Shown piece by piece: positions 1 to 12,640 of a stretch of DNA of 52,532 bases. Numbering within the stretch: the first letter of the stretch is position 1; each line of letters starts with the position of its first letter. The DNA lies in assembly GCF_001194135.2 (NCBI RefSeq), contig NC_068989.1:67859739-67912270 (forward strand), written 5' to 3'. Below the pieces are notes generated by a model. It was not told the origin of the DNA and ran no database searches. It saw only the letters and a program-made list of their open reading frames with translations. Both the position numbers and the translations under genes were made by a program. The stretch is from Octopus bimaculoides. Its lineage: Eukaryota.

Positions 1-17
1 TCACATGTTAAACTTCC

Positions 18-470
<453 letters not shown>

Positions 471-1039
471 TCGTTCAATTTTAGATTATTCAAGCCATTA
501 GTTGCTTTCATAAATCATAGAAAAGATATACTGTAAACAGTAGGACCTATTGCTATAAATAAATAAATAGTGGGGGGATCTGTTAGAAGTGGAGGTGTGT
601 TAGGGGTGAAGTGCAGCTATAGAATACTACAAAAATATCGAGTAATATGTATTGAAACTACACGGAATGGTTTAGATGATTTTTCTAAGAACAAACACCA
701 AAGAAAGATCGTAGCGACTGCAATTGTATTATCCTATTTTTGTGCATATATAATAAAGCCGATATATGGAATATGGTGAGTATGATTTCTCTAAAAGGTC
801 GGAGATATAAAATACTGAATGCTTTTTTACGGTTTCTAGTTCTACATAAAAAAAATTTAGTGTAAAAAATGAAAAAAAAAATGATCTACTTTCTATTAGC
901 ATTCTTTGAATTGGAAAGGATAACATTAGCTATTCAGCTGATATATTCATTGCGCATTTATGGACAAAATGCTCATAACCATACACTGCCAGTCAGCCAG
1001 CCAGCCAGCCAGCCATTGAGAAAGATACACACACGCATG

Positions 1040-1055
1040 CACACACACACACACA

Positions 1056-1086
<31 letters not shown>

Positions 1087-1090
1087 CCAT
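1040..1090 (+). repeat. (CA)n microsatellite
   Basis: Directly visible. Confidence 0.97.
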
Positions 1091-1222
1091 AGATAGAGTG
1101 GAAGGTTTCGAAAGTTAAGGAGACAAAACTCAGTTTCGTAAATATATAATGATATTTACTGATGTAGCAAAATAATGTTATTCCATTTGCTCCAACATTA
1201 TAGTTGTGACGTCATCACACAC

Positions 1223-1933
1223 NNNNNNNNNNNNNNNNNNNNNNNNNNNNNNNNNNNNNNNNNNNNNNNNNNNNNNNNNNNNNNNNNNNNNNNNNNNNNN
1301 NNNNNNNNNNNNNNNNNNNNNNNNNNNNNNNNNNNNNNNNNNNNNNNNNNNNNNNNNNNNNNNNNNNNNNNNNNNNNNNNNNNNNNNNNNNNNNNNNNNN
1401 NNNNNNNNNNNNNNNNNNNNNNNNNNNNNNNNNNNNNNNNNNNNNNNNNNNNNNNNNNNNNNNNNNNNNNNNNNNNNNNNNNNNNNNNNNNNNNNNNNNN
1501 NNNNNNNNNNNNNNNNNNNNNNNNNNNNNNNNNNNNNNNNNNNNNNNNNNNNNNNNNNNNNNNNNNNNNNNNNNNNNNNNNNNNNNNNNNNNNNNNNNNN
1601 NNNNNNNNNNNNNNNNNNNNNNNNNNNNNNNNNNNNNNNNNNNNNNNNNNNNNNNNNNNNNNNNNNNNNNNNNNNNNNNNNNNNNNNNNNNNNNNNNNNN
1701 NNNNNNNNNNNNNNNNNNNNNNNNNNNNNNNNNNNNNNNNNNNNNNNNNNNNNNNNNNNNNNNNNNNNNNNNNNNNNNNNNNNNNNNNNNNNNNNNNNNN
1801 NNNNNNNNNNNNNNNNNNNNNNNNNNNNNNNNNNNNNNNNNNNNNNNNNNNNNNNNNNNNNNNNNNNNNNNNNNNNNNNNNNNNNNNNNNNNNNNNNNNN
1901 NNNNNNNNNNNNNNNNNNNNNNNNNNNNNNNNN
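1223..1933. other. Assembly gap (711 N)
   Basis: N run between (CA)n and (TA)n. Other gaps: 6532-6557, 20457-20800, 23114-23520, 27570-28104, 34355-34495, 43553-43562, 48615-48815, 50297-50368. Confidence 1.
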
Positions 1934-1970
<37 letters not shown>

Positions 1971-1984
1971 TATCATATCATATG

Positions 1985-2552
1985 TGTCAAATTCATAGCT
2001 GAACTTGAGCCAGTTCAGCGGTGTTACACAAGGAAGATTGCACATCTAAGATGGCACATCTAAGCTACTGGGAGAGACTGAAAGAGTTACGACTATACTC
2101 TCTGGAGTGAAGACAGGTGAGGTATGCAGTGATATATATATAGAAAATACTGGAGGGGCTGGCAACAAACTTTGGAATTGAGAGCTATACCAGACCACGA
2201 ACTGGACGTCAAATGTCCCACATCCAAAGTCCCAGCTATCCAATTTAGAGTGAGGACCATGTACGACTATAGCTTGAGATTCAAGGGCCCACAGCTATTT
2301 AACGCCACACCAAAATATTTGAGAGATCTTCATGGAGAGGGGGTAGATGTTTTCAAGAAACAACTTGACCTCCTGGTATCCAAGGTCCCTGATGAACTAA
2401 TATCAAAGCAGGAGACTCTAAAGAGAGCACCAGTGTCGAACTCCCACCTTCACCAAAATCCAATCAAATAGAATTGGCCATTGAAAAGGTGATTACATTG
2501 ACGGTGCCCCAGTATGGCCACGGCCTTAGGGTTGAAACATATAAAAGAATAT
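1985..2552 (+). mobile_element. 3' fragment of a CR1-type LINE (ORF2 C-terminus plus 3' UTR/tail)
   Basis: Frames give ELEPVQRCYTRKI, YWERLKELRLYSLE and SLRFKGPQLFNATPKYLRDLHG..VDVFKKQLD, typical of CR1/L2-type ORF2 C-termini. The tail ends GGTGCCCCAGTATGGCCACGGCCTTAGGGTTGAAAC, followed by (AAT)n. Confidence 0.85.
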
Positions 2553-2558
2553 ATAATG

Positions 2559-2622
<64 letters not shown>

Positions 2623-2687
2623 TAATAATAATAATAATAATAATAAAAATAATAATAATAATGATGATGGTAATAATAATAATAATA
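2553..2687 (+). repeat. (AAT)n microsatellite
   Basis: Directly visible; source of the poly-N/poly-I ORFs. Confidence 0.98.
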
Positions 2688-2778
2688 TTAAAAAGTGACA
2701 ACAAAAGAATGAGACCTCGATATTAGGTAAATAGAGGATTATTTATATATGTATAATTTAGCACAGTCAGTAAGTTGT

Positions 2779-2846
2779 CATTATAGTACTCGGAGTTTCG
2801 AATGTCGGAGCGAAGAGCTACGATGCATTCTCGTCGGCTATTAATG
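2779..2846 (-). ncRNA. Type I hammerhead ribozyme-like motif (Penelope-associated variant)
   Basis: Minus strand: CATTAATAG-CCGACGA-GAATG[catcgtagctcttcgctccga]CATTC-GAAA-CTCCGAG-TA/CTATAATG. Stems I, II and a short near-palindromic III are present; the core has U4C. Confidence 0.6.
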
Positions 2847-3099
2847 GCAATAGACTCTATGAAAACTGTTGAATAAAAGGGACGTTATTCTAATATGTAG
2901 AAAAAAAGAGAAAAGATAAAAGATAAAAAACACACGCAACCATATTCTCACAATACATAGACATAAAACCTTCTGCGTATATATAAAGGACAAGAAACCA
3001 ACAGTCATGTAATCACATCCATTAGCTTACAGCTGTTTCTATTATAAGAAGCAGTCCATCTATAACTCTGTTATAGAAACATCTTGATGTTGGAGAGCA

Positions 3100-3780
3100 T
3101 AAGCATTAATGCTGTAGCTGAAAAAGTTAGCTGAGACGTAGGACTGGAAGCTAATAGAATATTAGATAAGAGTCACTTTTATCATGATGATTCGCCCCGG
3201 GTGTCAAAATGCCGACATCTTGACTGCTGCTCAATGAACATTATAAAGGCTGTAAGACGTGACACGGCAGCTGTAACAGAGACTATGAAGTTGTGACCAG
3301 TATGAAGGGACAGAACAGGCGTTCTGAGTGCATCTGCATGCGGGAATCCAGCCATCAACTGTAGTACAAAGTGATAGACGATCCGAGCAATGGAAGCCGG
3401 GCTTTGACAGGAGAGATGAGTGTTGAAGTTGCCACAATGAAGATGGCCCTGAGTGAGGACTTTTGTTACTACTCGTGCAAGAGGCGCAAGGGACAAATTC
3501 TGATAGGCCAGGGAGAACCACTTGACGAAAGAAGTTCATGAATAAGCTGAGGCATCCTGTTTAGCCGGGGATGAACTCTTTCATGAACTCAAATGAAAAG
3601 AACGTCTGTTAGAACCAATGCACTACACTCAGAACAACAGGTGGCTTGCCTAAAATTCATGCGATATCCCTAAGGCACTGTTCAAAGATGTGAGGCAGAG
3701 TGACGTCAACATCAATGGAGACACAACCAAAGACAATTACAGTTTGGAAAAACTTGCTTTTCATGACACGTGGTTTTCAT
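3100..3780 (+). mobile_element. Tc1/mariner (maT/DD37D-like) transposase relic
   Basis: Frameshifted translation: IMMIRPGCQNADI, DPSNGSRALTGEMSV, YSCKRRKGQIL, KFMNKLRHPV*PGM, TQNNRWLA. The N-terminus is homologous to the copy at 27290-27445. Confidence 0.7.
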
Positions 3781-3894
3781 AATACTTTAACTTTTATCCT
3801 TGTTGGCTCTATAAGAATCCTGGAAGAATAAAGTTGGCTGAAGTTCTAAAACAGACACAAACCTGCCGACCTCGTTTCTAACAAAACCGACAAT

Positions 3895-4025
3895 TGAATA
3901 GTACTATATTTTATGGACGCCGGAATGATGAAAGGCAAACTGACATCGGCAAAATTTGGGCTCAAAACGTAATGAATCAGACCCAATACTGCAACACCTT
4001 TTCCCGGCGATCTATGGATGCTGCA
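3895..4025 (-). mobile_element. Degenerate SINE family A fragment
   Basis: Shares GATGAAAGGCAAA.T.GAC.TCGGC.A.ATTTG..CTCA.AACGT with the copy at 11813-12032. Confidence 0.6.
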
Positions 4026-4102
4026 AGGATGTTATAATAATAGTTTATAATGTAGGCAAAAGATTAGCAGCTTATACGGTAGGGGATGACTGACTGAAAC
4101 TT

Positions 4103-4215
4103 TATTTCATCGGGGAAGATGAAAGGCAAAGTTGATCTCGGAGGGTTTGGAAACCGCAGTATAAAGACCAGAACAAATACTACAAAGAATTTCGTTCGAC
4201 GTGCAAATGATAGCC
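4103..4215 (-). mobile_element. Degenerate SINE family A fragment
   Basis: GATGAAAGGCAAAGTTGATCTCGG..GGTTTGGAA core shared with family A. Confidence 0.6.
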
Positions 4216-6267
4216 GTTTGAAGTATTGCAGAATAATATGTAGAAAATGTTTCAGCTACTGAAGGTAAAAGCGATGCAGATAGAACATAAAATATGAAAA
4301 ACAACAAATTACTGAACTGTTTCTTTAGAAATATATAAGTAGTCCTGATACTTCAATTCAAAAATTCCTTCACAAACGTTTTAAAGAACGAGAGTGGTAT
4401 CAGATACGTGTCCATTTTGTTGGGATGTAGATTCCCTGTGCCTAATATTCGAATTATCTAGTGCGTAAAGGTATAGAAATTTGGACCTGCTAACTGTATT
4501 TCATGGTGTTAATGTCAGGGTGGTGCGACAAGTGTGCGAAGAGATATTGATAGATCAATTGTGTGTTATAGTGCTCACAGCATTCGTTGATACTTACTCA
4601 GGTGAAAATGGTTGTTAACTGTTGAGCTGTTCTTCTTCGCCAGTATAGCTTCTTATATAAGGCTTATAACATTAATGGTAACTGCGCTATCCTCATTCAT
4701 GTTCGTTCATTTCTGTAGCTGTGTTTTCAAACCTGATGCTCGAACGTTGAGATGCCCTACGATTTGCTTATACAATGACCAGAACGTTCTGATACTAAAA
4801 TGGCCAAATTTTACTGATGCTATAACATTTTTTTTGTTTTTTTGCATATAAGTACACAGGCACAAATACTTGTTGTAGATGAGCGGTTGGTTGAGCAGCG
4901 TGCATAGATTCCAATCGTCGAGAAGTCGTTTATTGGATAAAAGATTCCATACAGAGGAATACAATTATTTTAAGTTGTGTCCATTTTCATTAAGTATCCT
5001 TTTCCTTTTTTCAAATATTCAATAGAAGTCCAAAGAAATCGAAAATAAAAGATGATAATAAAAATAAGAGACTCGTAATATTAGAATGTACTTAGAATAT
5101 TTTAATGTCAAAAAAGAAAAGGGAAACAGGGAACTACAGAATTCAGCAAGTTTTAAAAAATATTTAAATGTGCATTTAAAATTTTTTATATATAATGATA
5201 CAAAAATGTTTATTTTATTTTCACAGGGTTGTAATAGAAATCTGTCTTTCACATAATACGATTACATCAATGGCGTCAAGTTATTTCTAACTATAGTCTG
5301 CTGATAAAAATTAAATTACTGAAACTGATAACACTTTTGCGAAATAAATGCTTTGCAGATTAACTATTACGAATCTGAAGATGAGTTTTGATGGAATATG
5401 AATGATTTCTCGCCTAATTTAGAAAGGTTATAATTGGATATTGACCTATATAGATCAGTGGTGGAAATTTCGATTATCCATGCTTCTCCCTGTTTTAACA
5501 GAACTTAAATTTGATCATGTTGTCAGTATAAAGATATAGTAAGCGCCTTAGAGAAATGCAGACTACTTCAATAATTTGAATTTAAAGAGGCTCCATGTAT
5601 ATTAAAATTGTTTATCTGCATCTAAATTGATTTCTAATATTGACACAAGGCTATATCTGCATTTTAAATAATCAGGTTAAACTATGCGTATATGAAGATA
5701 TTTGGACAAAGTATTCTGATATAAATAAATACCATATAACTTTTAGCTACTAATGGAAAGGCACATTTTAAACCGAATCCACCGATGTCTTTGGCAAGTT
5801 AAATAATTTACTGCAGCTTTAGTCAAAAGGTTGTAGGTTCACATCTAAGCCATGTACTACGATGTTTCATGTACAAGGTACCTAACTTTAAACGACTGAA
5901 CTCATCTAGATCTAAACTGATAATGTCTAGGAGCTGAGCTCACAACTGTGGGTTATAGCAGAACTGTATAATCCGAGTATGACTTTTCTTGCGAGCAGAA
6001 TATATTTAATTCTAATTGCATGAAAAGTTGTATTCAACAGACAATAGTTCTGTGGAGGAAGACTCTTCTCTAATCGACTTAACGTGAAGGAAAACCGAGT
6101 CAAGTGTTCTAAGTGTGGATTAAGAAGGCATTTTTGAAAGAACATGCAGTGCTTAAAGTTACTGAAATTTATCTAATTTATGTAATAAAATTTATCTAAT
6201 AGAAGTTAAGACTGTTATTCTGAATGAAATGCACCACACTAATATGCATAAAACATACATACATAAC

Positions 6268-6394
6268 TGCACAGAACAAATCGACCCCAGGAAGTATTTT
6301 CTAAGACTAGTACTTATTCTATCGGCCTATTTTGCCGAACCGCTGGTTTGCAGGGACATAAACACACCAATACTAGTTGTCAAGCGGTGTCGGT

Positions 6395-6463
<69 letters not shown>

Positions 6464-6531
6464 AAGGACGGGTTTATTTAAATTCCCAGCTACCAAATTC
6501 ACTCAAAAGACATTGATCGGTCCGGCATATA
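6268..6531 (-). mobile_element. SINE family B copy with internal (CA)n; head lost in gap
   Basis: GAACAAATCGACCCCAGG..TACTTATTCTATCGG..TTTTGCCGAACCGCT..AAACACACCAA..GTTGTCAAGCGGTG shared with 51178-51655 and 48300-48450. Confidence 0.8.
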
Positions 6532-6557
6532 NNNNNNNNNNNNNNNNNNNNNNNNNN

Positions 6558-6591
<34 letters not shown>

Positions 6592-7296
6592 CTCCAAGAG
6601 AGTTAGGGGTTGAGAATCCAACCCACTAAGGGATAATACCTATCCAATATACTGCTGGGAAGGTACCCAATTATTGTTACACTAGTGGTTTACCAAGTGC
6701 AATAAGTGCGTGCGGGTCAAAGGAGGTTTTTACCCTAAATTTATATAGCAATAAGAGAATGGAGGGGAATATGAGGTACTCATCAACTTGCAGACACTGT
6801 ACTGTTGATTAATCCGTATATTTTACAACCAAAAGGACAACAAAGACAATATACAGACACTTATGACATACTATGTAATGTGCAGACATGGCTGTGTGAT
6901 AAGAAGTTTGTTTCCCAATATATATTGTATACATGTAGCATCACTTTTTTTATTTATTAAAATTCTTCCTAAACGTAGGAGACTGGTTTCTAACAAAGAA
7001 ACAGAAGCTACACCTTTAGAATATGGATAACAACAACGATAACTATTATTTATCGAACTTGAGAAAAATCATGCATGATTATTTTTGTCTCACAAATTGA
7101 GTCTGTAATTTGCATGTTAGGTGAACTTTTTCTTTGCTTCATTTATATATGTGTGTATGGATTTGTGTATGCATGTATGTATGTCATTATTCAGTTTTAT
7201 TTCAAGATTTCTTGCCAACAGAGAAAGAACCGGTTTCTAACCTAGATCCAAGGTGCTTTTATTGGAATTTCAACATCAACAGCCGGGTATTATTTT

Positions 7297-7501
7297 ATGT
7301 ATGTATGTATGTATGTATGTATGTATATGCGCAGATTTGTATGTTTTGTTTTATGTACGTATTCTCATGCACATAGCTGCATATCTAGACATGCTCATAT
7401 ACACTTAAATGATAAACATGTATGTATGTATGTATGTATATATGTATGTTCGTATGTATGTATGTATGTATGTATGTATGTATGTATGTATGTATGTATG
7501 C
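7297..7501 (+). repeat. (TATG)n microsatellite cluster
   Basis: Directly visible. Confidence 0.95.
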
Positions 7502-8199
7502 ATATGTGAAAGAGCTAAACAGTTTTCGTTCATTTAATGGCTACGCAATAGATACGCCGCACCTGCGAGGTAGTATTCGGTTATAATTTCTGTGTACTAC
7601 TTAATAAATACTAACCCCAAACTGTTATTCTTTCTCATACACATATCTCAAATTTCTTCCAATCTTCAAATCAACCACTTCCCACCTCCCTCTTAGCCTT
7701 CCCACTCTCCCCAACTTTAAAGAGTACTTAACAAAATCTGACTCCTTTGAAAACAAACCAGTCTACCTCCACCCATCCCTACCCATACCTCTCTGTTCAA
7801 TTTCATACTCCCCTCTTTACCATAACACCCCCTCCAATACCAACCAATTCCTTTGTCTCACTATCAACTACTTTTGACGACCTTCTCACAACGCTCCTCA
7901 GCTACTGAACCATTCAATCCATTTCCCCCAAATAATAATCATCCCTTTTCAGTAGCTCAACTCTATAACTCTATAACTTTCATACAAACTAACACAAAAG
8001 TCATCGTTCAGTTACTACCTAGACCACCCTTCCCCCTTCCTTTCGCCTTCCACTTCTACTATTATCACTAGCCTCATTATTAATCTAACGTTGGAATGTA
8101 TTTTCTCCTCCCACTACTATCTATCTAAACACTCACAACTCCCGTTCTGAATAGACTTAGGTCTCCACAAAATCATTTCATCTGCAAACTCCATCCAGT

Positions 8200-10760
8200 C
8201 AACACCTCAAATGTAAAATTCCATAATCAGATAACACCGGAGGCAGTGTTACCCGATAATGGAATCAAGTAACTATCATTATTCCGGACCACTAAGCCGC
8301 CAGAAACAGCTGCTGGACTCCTAAAACTCAACACATTTAACTCCTGATATCATTTATATTCTGTGTAAATCGACTTGCCTAACTTGCTTGTCCTTACAGT
8401 TGAAAAAACTCTCCTCTCAGACTACGACATGATACTCTGCAATTTTAATTCCCGGCATATCAAAATCAAACCAGCCAATCCCACTCCACGGCACTCATTT
8501 GACAAAATAAACTTCCACAAAGCGGACTGGAGAGCAATCAGAAAGAATCTGTCCTTCATCGACTGGTCTTCGTCTCTCAGTTCCAATCACATTGAGACCG
8601 CATGGCAACACTTTGAAAACATTGTCACCTATACATGCTCAATACACGCTCCTACGAAATCCACTAACACAAACAGAAACCGGCTCCATAAAAAAAAAAC
8701 ACTCATCAGGTGCATCAAAAGACTCAATAAAAAATCAACCAATTAAAATACTCCCACATACAACATCCACATTCAACAACAGTGAAAAGACTGAAGTTGG
8801 TAAAACTTCATCTGCAGAGCGACATGAAAACCTCTATTGAAAATCAAAGAGCTGCGGAGGAACAGTGGGTAATCAAAAACATCAAACAGAACCCAAATGT
8901 GTTCTATTCTTATGCAAATAAGCATAGAACCGCTGTCTTACACATTGGGCCATTGACCGACGATAACAACATTCCGCAACACAATGCTAAAGAAATGGCA
9001 GAAATACTGCAGAAACAATACTGCTCTGTCTTTAGTGATCCTACTAATATTGACGTAAGAGAAGCGAACGAAGTTGATTCCCAGCATAAAATCTCGGACA
9101 TAACCTTCACTGCCTCAGACATTATAGTAGCAATAAATGAGGTCAAATACTATTTTGCTGTAAGCCCTGATAGATATCTCGCTAGTCTCCTGAAGGAATG
9201 TAGACACCAACTTGCAGTCCCTCTGAGCAACCTCTGGAGAAATTCTTTAGACTCAGGTTATATACCGAAACAGCTCCTATCCCAGTCTGTCATCCCGGTT
9301 TTCAAACAGAGAAACAGATCCCTCGCAGTCAACTATCGCCCAATCTCACTCACCTCCCACATCATTAAAGTGTTTGAAAGAGTGGTAAGATCAAGGATAG
9401 CTGACTTCCTGGAGACCCACAAACTCCTAAATGCAAACCAGCATGGCTTTCGCTGTGGCATGGACTGTCTAACACAGCTCTTACACCACATTGAAGATAT
9501 ACTTAAAGCCTTGGAACAGGTTCGAACTCTGATGTCATATATTTTGACTTCAGTAAAGCGTTCGACAGGGTTGACCATAATAATAATATCTTACTCTCAA
9601 AATTGGCAAATGTTGGAATCCGTGAACACAAGAAGTTGTGGTCGATGGAGTCCATTCAATCCCAGTAAAAGTCACCAGTGGTGTCCCTCAGGGCACTATC
9701 TTGAGCCCGCTATTTATAATTGACATAAATGACCTTCCCAGCGTCGTAAATCACTGCAAAATGAAAATTTTTGTTGATGACACTAAGTTCCAGCAAATCA
9801 TCAATGAAGAAGAAGACCGAACTCAACTCCAGTCTGATCTATATGCTGTGAGTCAATGGGCAGACAAAAACAAAATGCAACTGAACGAGGGAAAATTTGA
9901 GCTGATGCATTTTGGAAGAAAGTCTATACTAAAACAGCCATAATCTCTTCCTTCAGAATAATATCAGAATAATATCTTCCTTCCTAATGATATCAGAGAC
10001 CTGAGTGTAATTGTTGATAACAATTTCAGTTGGAGTGCCCACATCAACAATAAGGTCGATATAGCTCGTAGGATGAGCTCCTGGATCTTAAGAACCTTCC
10101 GGTCCAGAGAACAAGGTGTCATTATTCCACTTTTCTCCTCCTTTGAACGGCCACACCTCGAATACTGCTGCCCCTTTTGGTCTCCCCATACAAAACAAAA
10201 CATCTCGAGGATTGAATCACCCCAGAGGGCACTCACTAATTGAATTGAAGGCATGACAGATCTCGATTACTGGGACCGCCTTAAAGCCTTGAAACTCTAC
10301 TCTCTCCAGCGCCGCCACGAGCGGTACATCATTTGTACGTTGTGGAGAATATACCGCCAACATTACCCTAACGACCTGAACATTAGTTTCAAGGTTCATC
10401 CAAGGCTGGGACCACGGGCCATACGTTCCCTGCCCAATTCAGGATTACAACATATAGGTACACTGCGACACAATTTCTTTTCCTCAATAGGCCCTGCACT
10501 GTTTAACATTGTATCAAAACTGATCAAAGACGAAAAGGATCCCATCACCTTTAAACGGTGTCTGGGAAGATTTCTTCAAGGAATACCAGACAAGCCATCC
10601 ATACCTGGATACAACTCACTCAACAAGAACTCACTACTTGAATGGACCATAAACAAAAGTTTAAAAAGGATTTAGATAATCCTATCAGGTGGTAGTATTA
10701 AGTTAGACATGGTCTGGACCAATATTTGGTCGAAACATATCTAAGTTTATGTAAGTTTAT
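8200..10760 (+). mobile_element. CR1-type LINE, near-complete ORF2 (end of APE endonuclease, RT, C-terminus), frameshifted
   Basis: LSDYDMI (SDH-like), NFHKADW, NYRPISLTSHIIKVFER, QHGFR, DFSKAFDRVDH, SGVPQGTILSPL, FVDDTK, RPHLEYCCPFWSP, LKLYSLQRRHERY across ORFs 8375-8746, 8782-9723, 9638-9943 and 10253-10675. Ends in a hairpin (GACC-AATATTT-GGTC-GAAAC) and a TAAGTTTA repeat. The 5' boundary is uncertain; C-rich sequence extends to ~7600. Confidence 0.95.
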
Positions 10761-11812
10761 ATATATATATATATATATATGGTGGAGGGGGCGTTGTATG
10801 CGCGTGTATGAAGGCAACACTCACGCGAGTTTAGATTCTAAATTAAAATATGCACCGGTTTCATTTTGCATTATTTGTATTTTCTTCCTTGTATCTTTGA
10901 TAAATGGAAATCATGGAAATTTAAATTGAGAATAATCTTTTATAACACCCTCGAGATGGTATAAAACACTGGCACGTATACACACATGTACTTGCACGTA
11001 CTCATTCGCACCGAGACATATTTCCAATTGCATACACGTTCACACACATATTAACGTAGACAGACATATACTTTGAGACGTAACAAAACGTAATAAATTT
11101 GCGCAACTATCCTACGTCAATTACTTTGCTTATTCTTCTTTATACAAATACATGACGAAGCGACGACAAAGCCATATATGGTCTCTCTCTGCCTGATCTG
11201 GTAAATGAAAACCAGATCTCTCTAGTATCAGAGTACTGTCTTTAATCAAAGCAAGGGCATTTGATAATATAGTGCGGAATACATACTACACTATATCTGA
11301 CTATATCTGAGCAAAAACTGGATGGCCATGACTGGAACCAGTTACATTTGTTGCGAAAGAAGTGTACATATTCTCGTCTTTGGAAATGCACTGTCATTGT
11401 TGTTAATATCCTCTGACGAAGTAAACCTACTATCAAAGCTTTTCCAGTACTTACCAGGCTGATTTAGATTTTCCTTCTTTTCTGCTAATTCCTAAAATCT
11501 AAATCTATATTATTCAATATGTCCTTCCATTTTTCTGATGCAGTTGGGTATGATCCGAGGGAGACTTGAGTATTAATTCTATTAAGTCGTGTGACAGAGC
11601 AGAGCCTCTTCTCTCATTGATTTTAAACTTTTAAAATCACATTAGTAAATGAAATAACGTTAAATTTTCCATCTAATTTTGACCTATTATACAAATATGT
11701 GAGTTAATTTTTAATCCGCAAGTAATAATATACCCAACTTATTAAAAATAAAAGACATTACAATATATCATTCTGTTTTCGAAATTATTTACAGTTAGGC
11801 AAACTCCGCTTT

Positions 11813-12032
11813 AATATTCTTTTCTACTCAAGGTACAAGGTCCGAAATTTTGGGGGAGGGGGCCAGTCGATTAGATCAACCCCAGTACGCAACAGGTATT
11901 TAATTTATCGACTTCGAAAGGATGAAAGGCATGGTCGACCTCGGCGGAGTTTGAATTCAGAACGTAAAGTCAGACGAAATACCGCTAAGCATTTTGCCCG
12001 GCGTGCTAACGTTTCTGCCAGCTCGCCGCCTT
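11813..12032 (-). mobile_element. SINE family A, full-length, well-preserved copy
   Basis: Minus strand starts GGCGGCGAGCTGGCAGAAACGTTAGC (A-box-like), has a B-box-like GAATTCAAACTCC, and ends in an A-rich tail AGTAGAAAAGAATATT. At least 7 related copies occur in the window. Confidence 0.9.
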
Positions 12033-12458
12033 AAACTGTGCATTAATATTGCGATTAAAGCGTCCAACATCCACCAAGAGATGTCAGAAATTTAATAAGA
12101 TTAGTTTACAGATTCAGTACTGAATATTATCTTGGCCGCCATTAATTCTATTTTAACCATTTACTGATATTTCTATTAAGCTGGTGTAAATGCATTTAAA
12201 ATATGCAATATTTATATTAGATAAGTTCTAAGATGGCAGAATACAGTTAGTACGAATCAATGGCGTAGCATAATGGATAATAAGGATTTTTACATAAATG
12301 CTTCCATGGGAATAATTCGGAATCCGTGTGTCTAGTCTCAAGATGTTATGTAAGATACTTTAAGGTGCATTTAAGCTTTTATATTTTGTTATATTGTTAA
12401 CTTATAGCCGTTTATCTCTATTTTCTGGTATAACGCAAAAGCCCCACGCGTGCATACG

Positions 12459-12459
<1 letters not shown>

Positions 12460-12556
<97 letters not shown>

Positions 12557-12575
12557 TTCTCTCTCTCTCTCTTTT

Positions 12576-12610
<35 letters not shown>

Positions 12611-12640
12611 TCCTCACTCACTCGCACACACACACAGAGT
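12460..12640 (+). repeat. Compound (CA)n/(CT)n microsatellite
   Basis: Directly visible. Confidence 0.97.

Noticed and set aside
1175-2063. Long ORFs spanning N-gaps (also at 20.4, 23, 27.5, 34, 48.6 and 50.3 kb)
   Set aside because: Artefacts of translating N runs and flanking (TA)n.
3182-3539. Minus-strand ORFs as a GIY-YIG or host gene
   Set aside because: The plus strand matches a mariner transposase much better.
5019-5252. ORF with a TM7/helix-8-like stretch (INIFVSLYIKNFK)
   Set aside because: F/Y/I/K-rich translation is expected from AT-rich DNA, and no paralog supports it.
10710-10740. GACC-AATATTT-GGTC-GAAAC as a hammerhead
   Set aside because: No CUGANGA-like half upstream; better explained as the LINE 3' UTR stem-loop.
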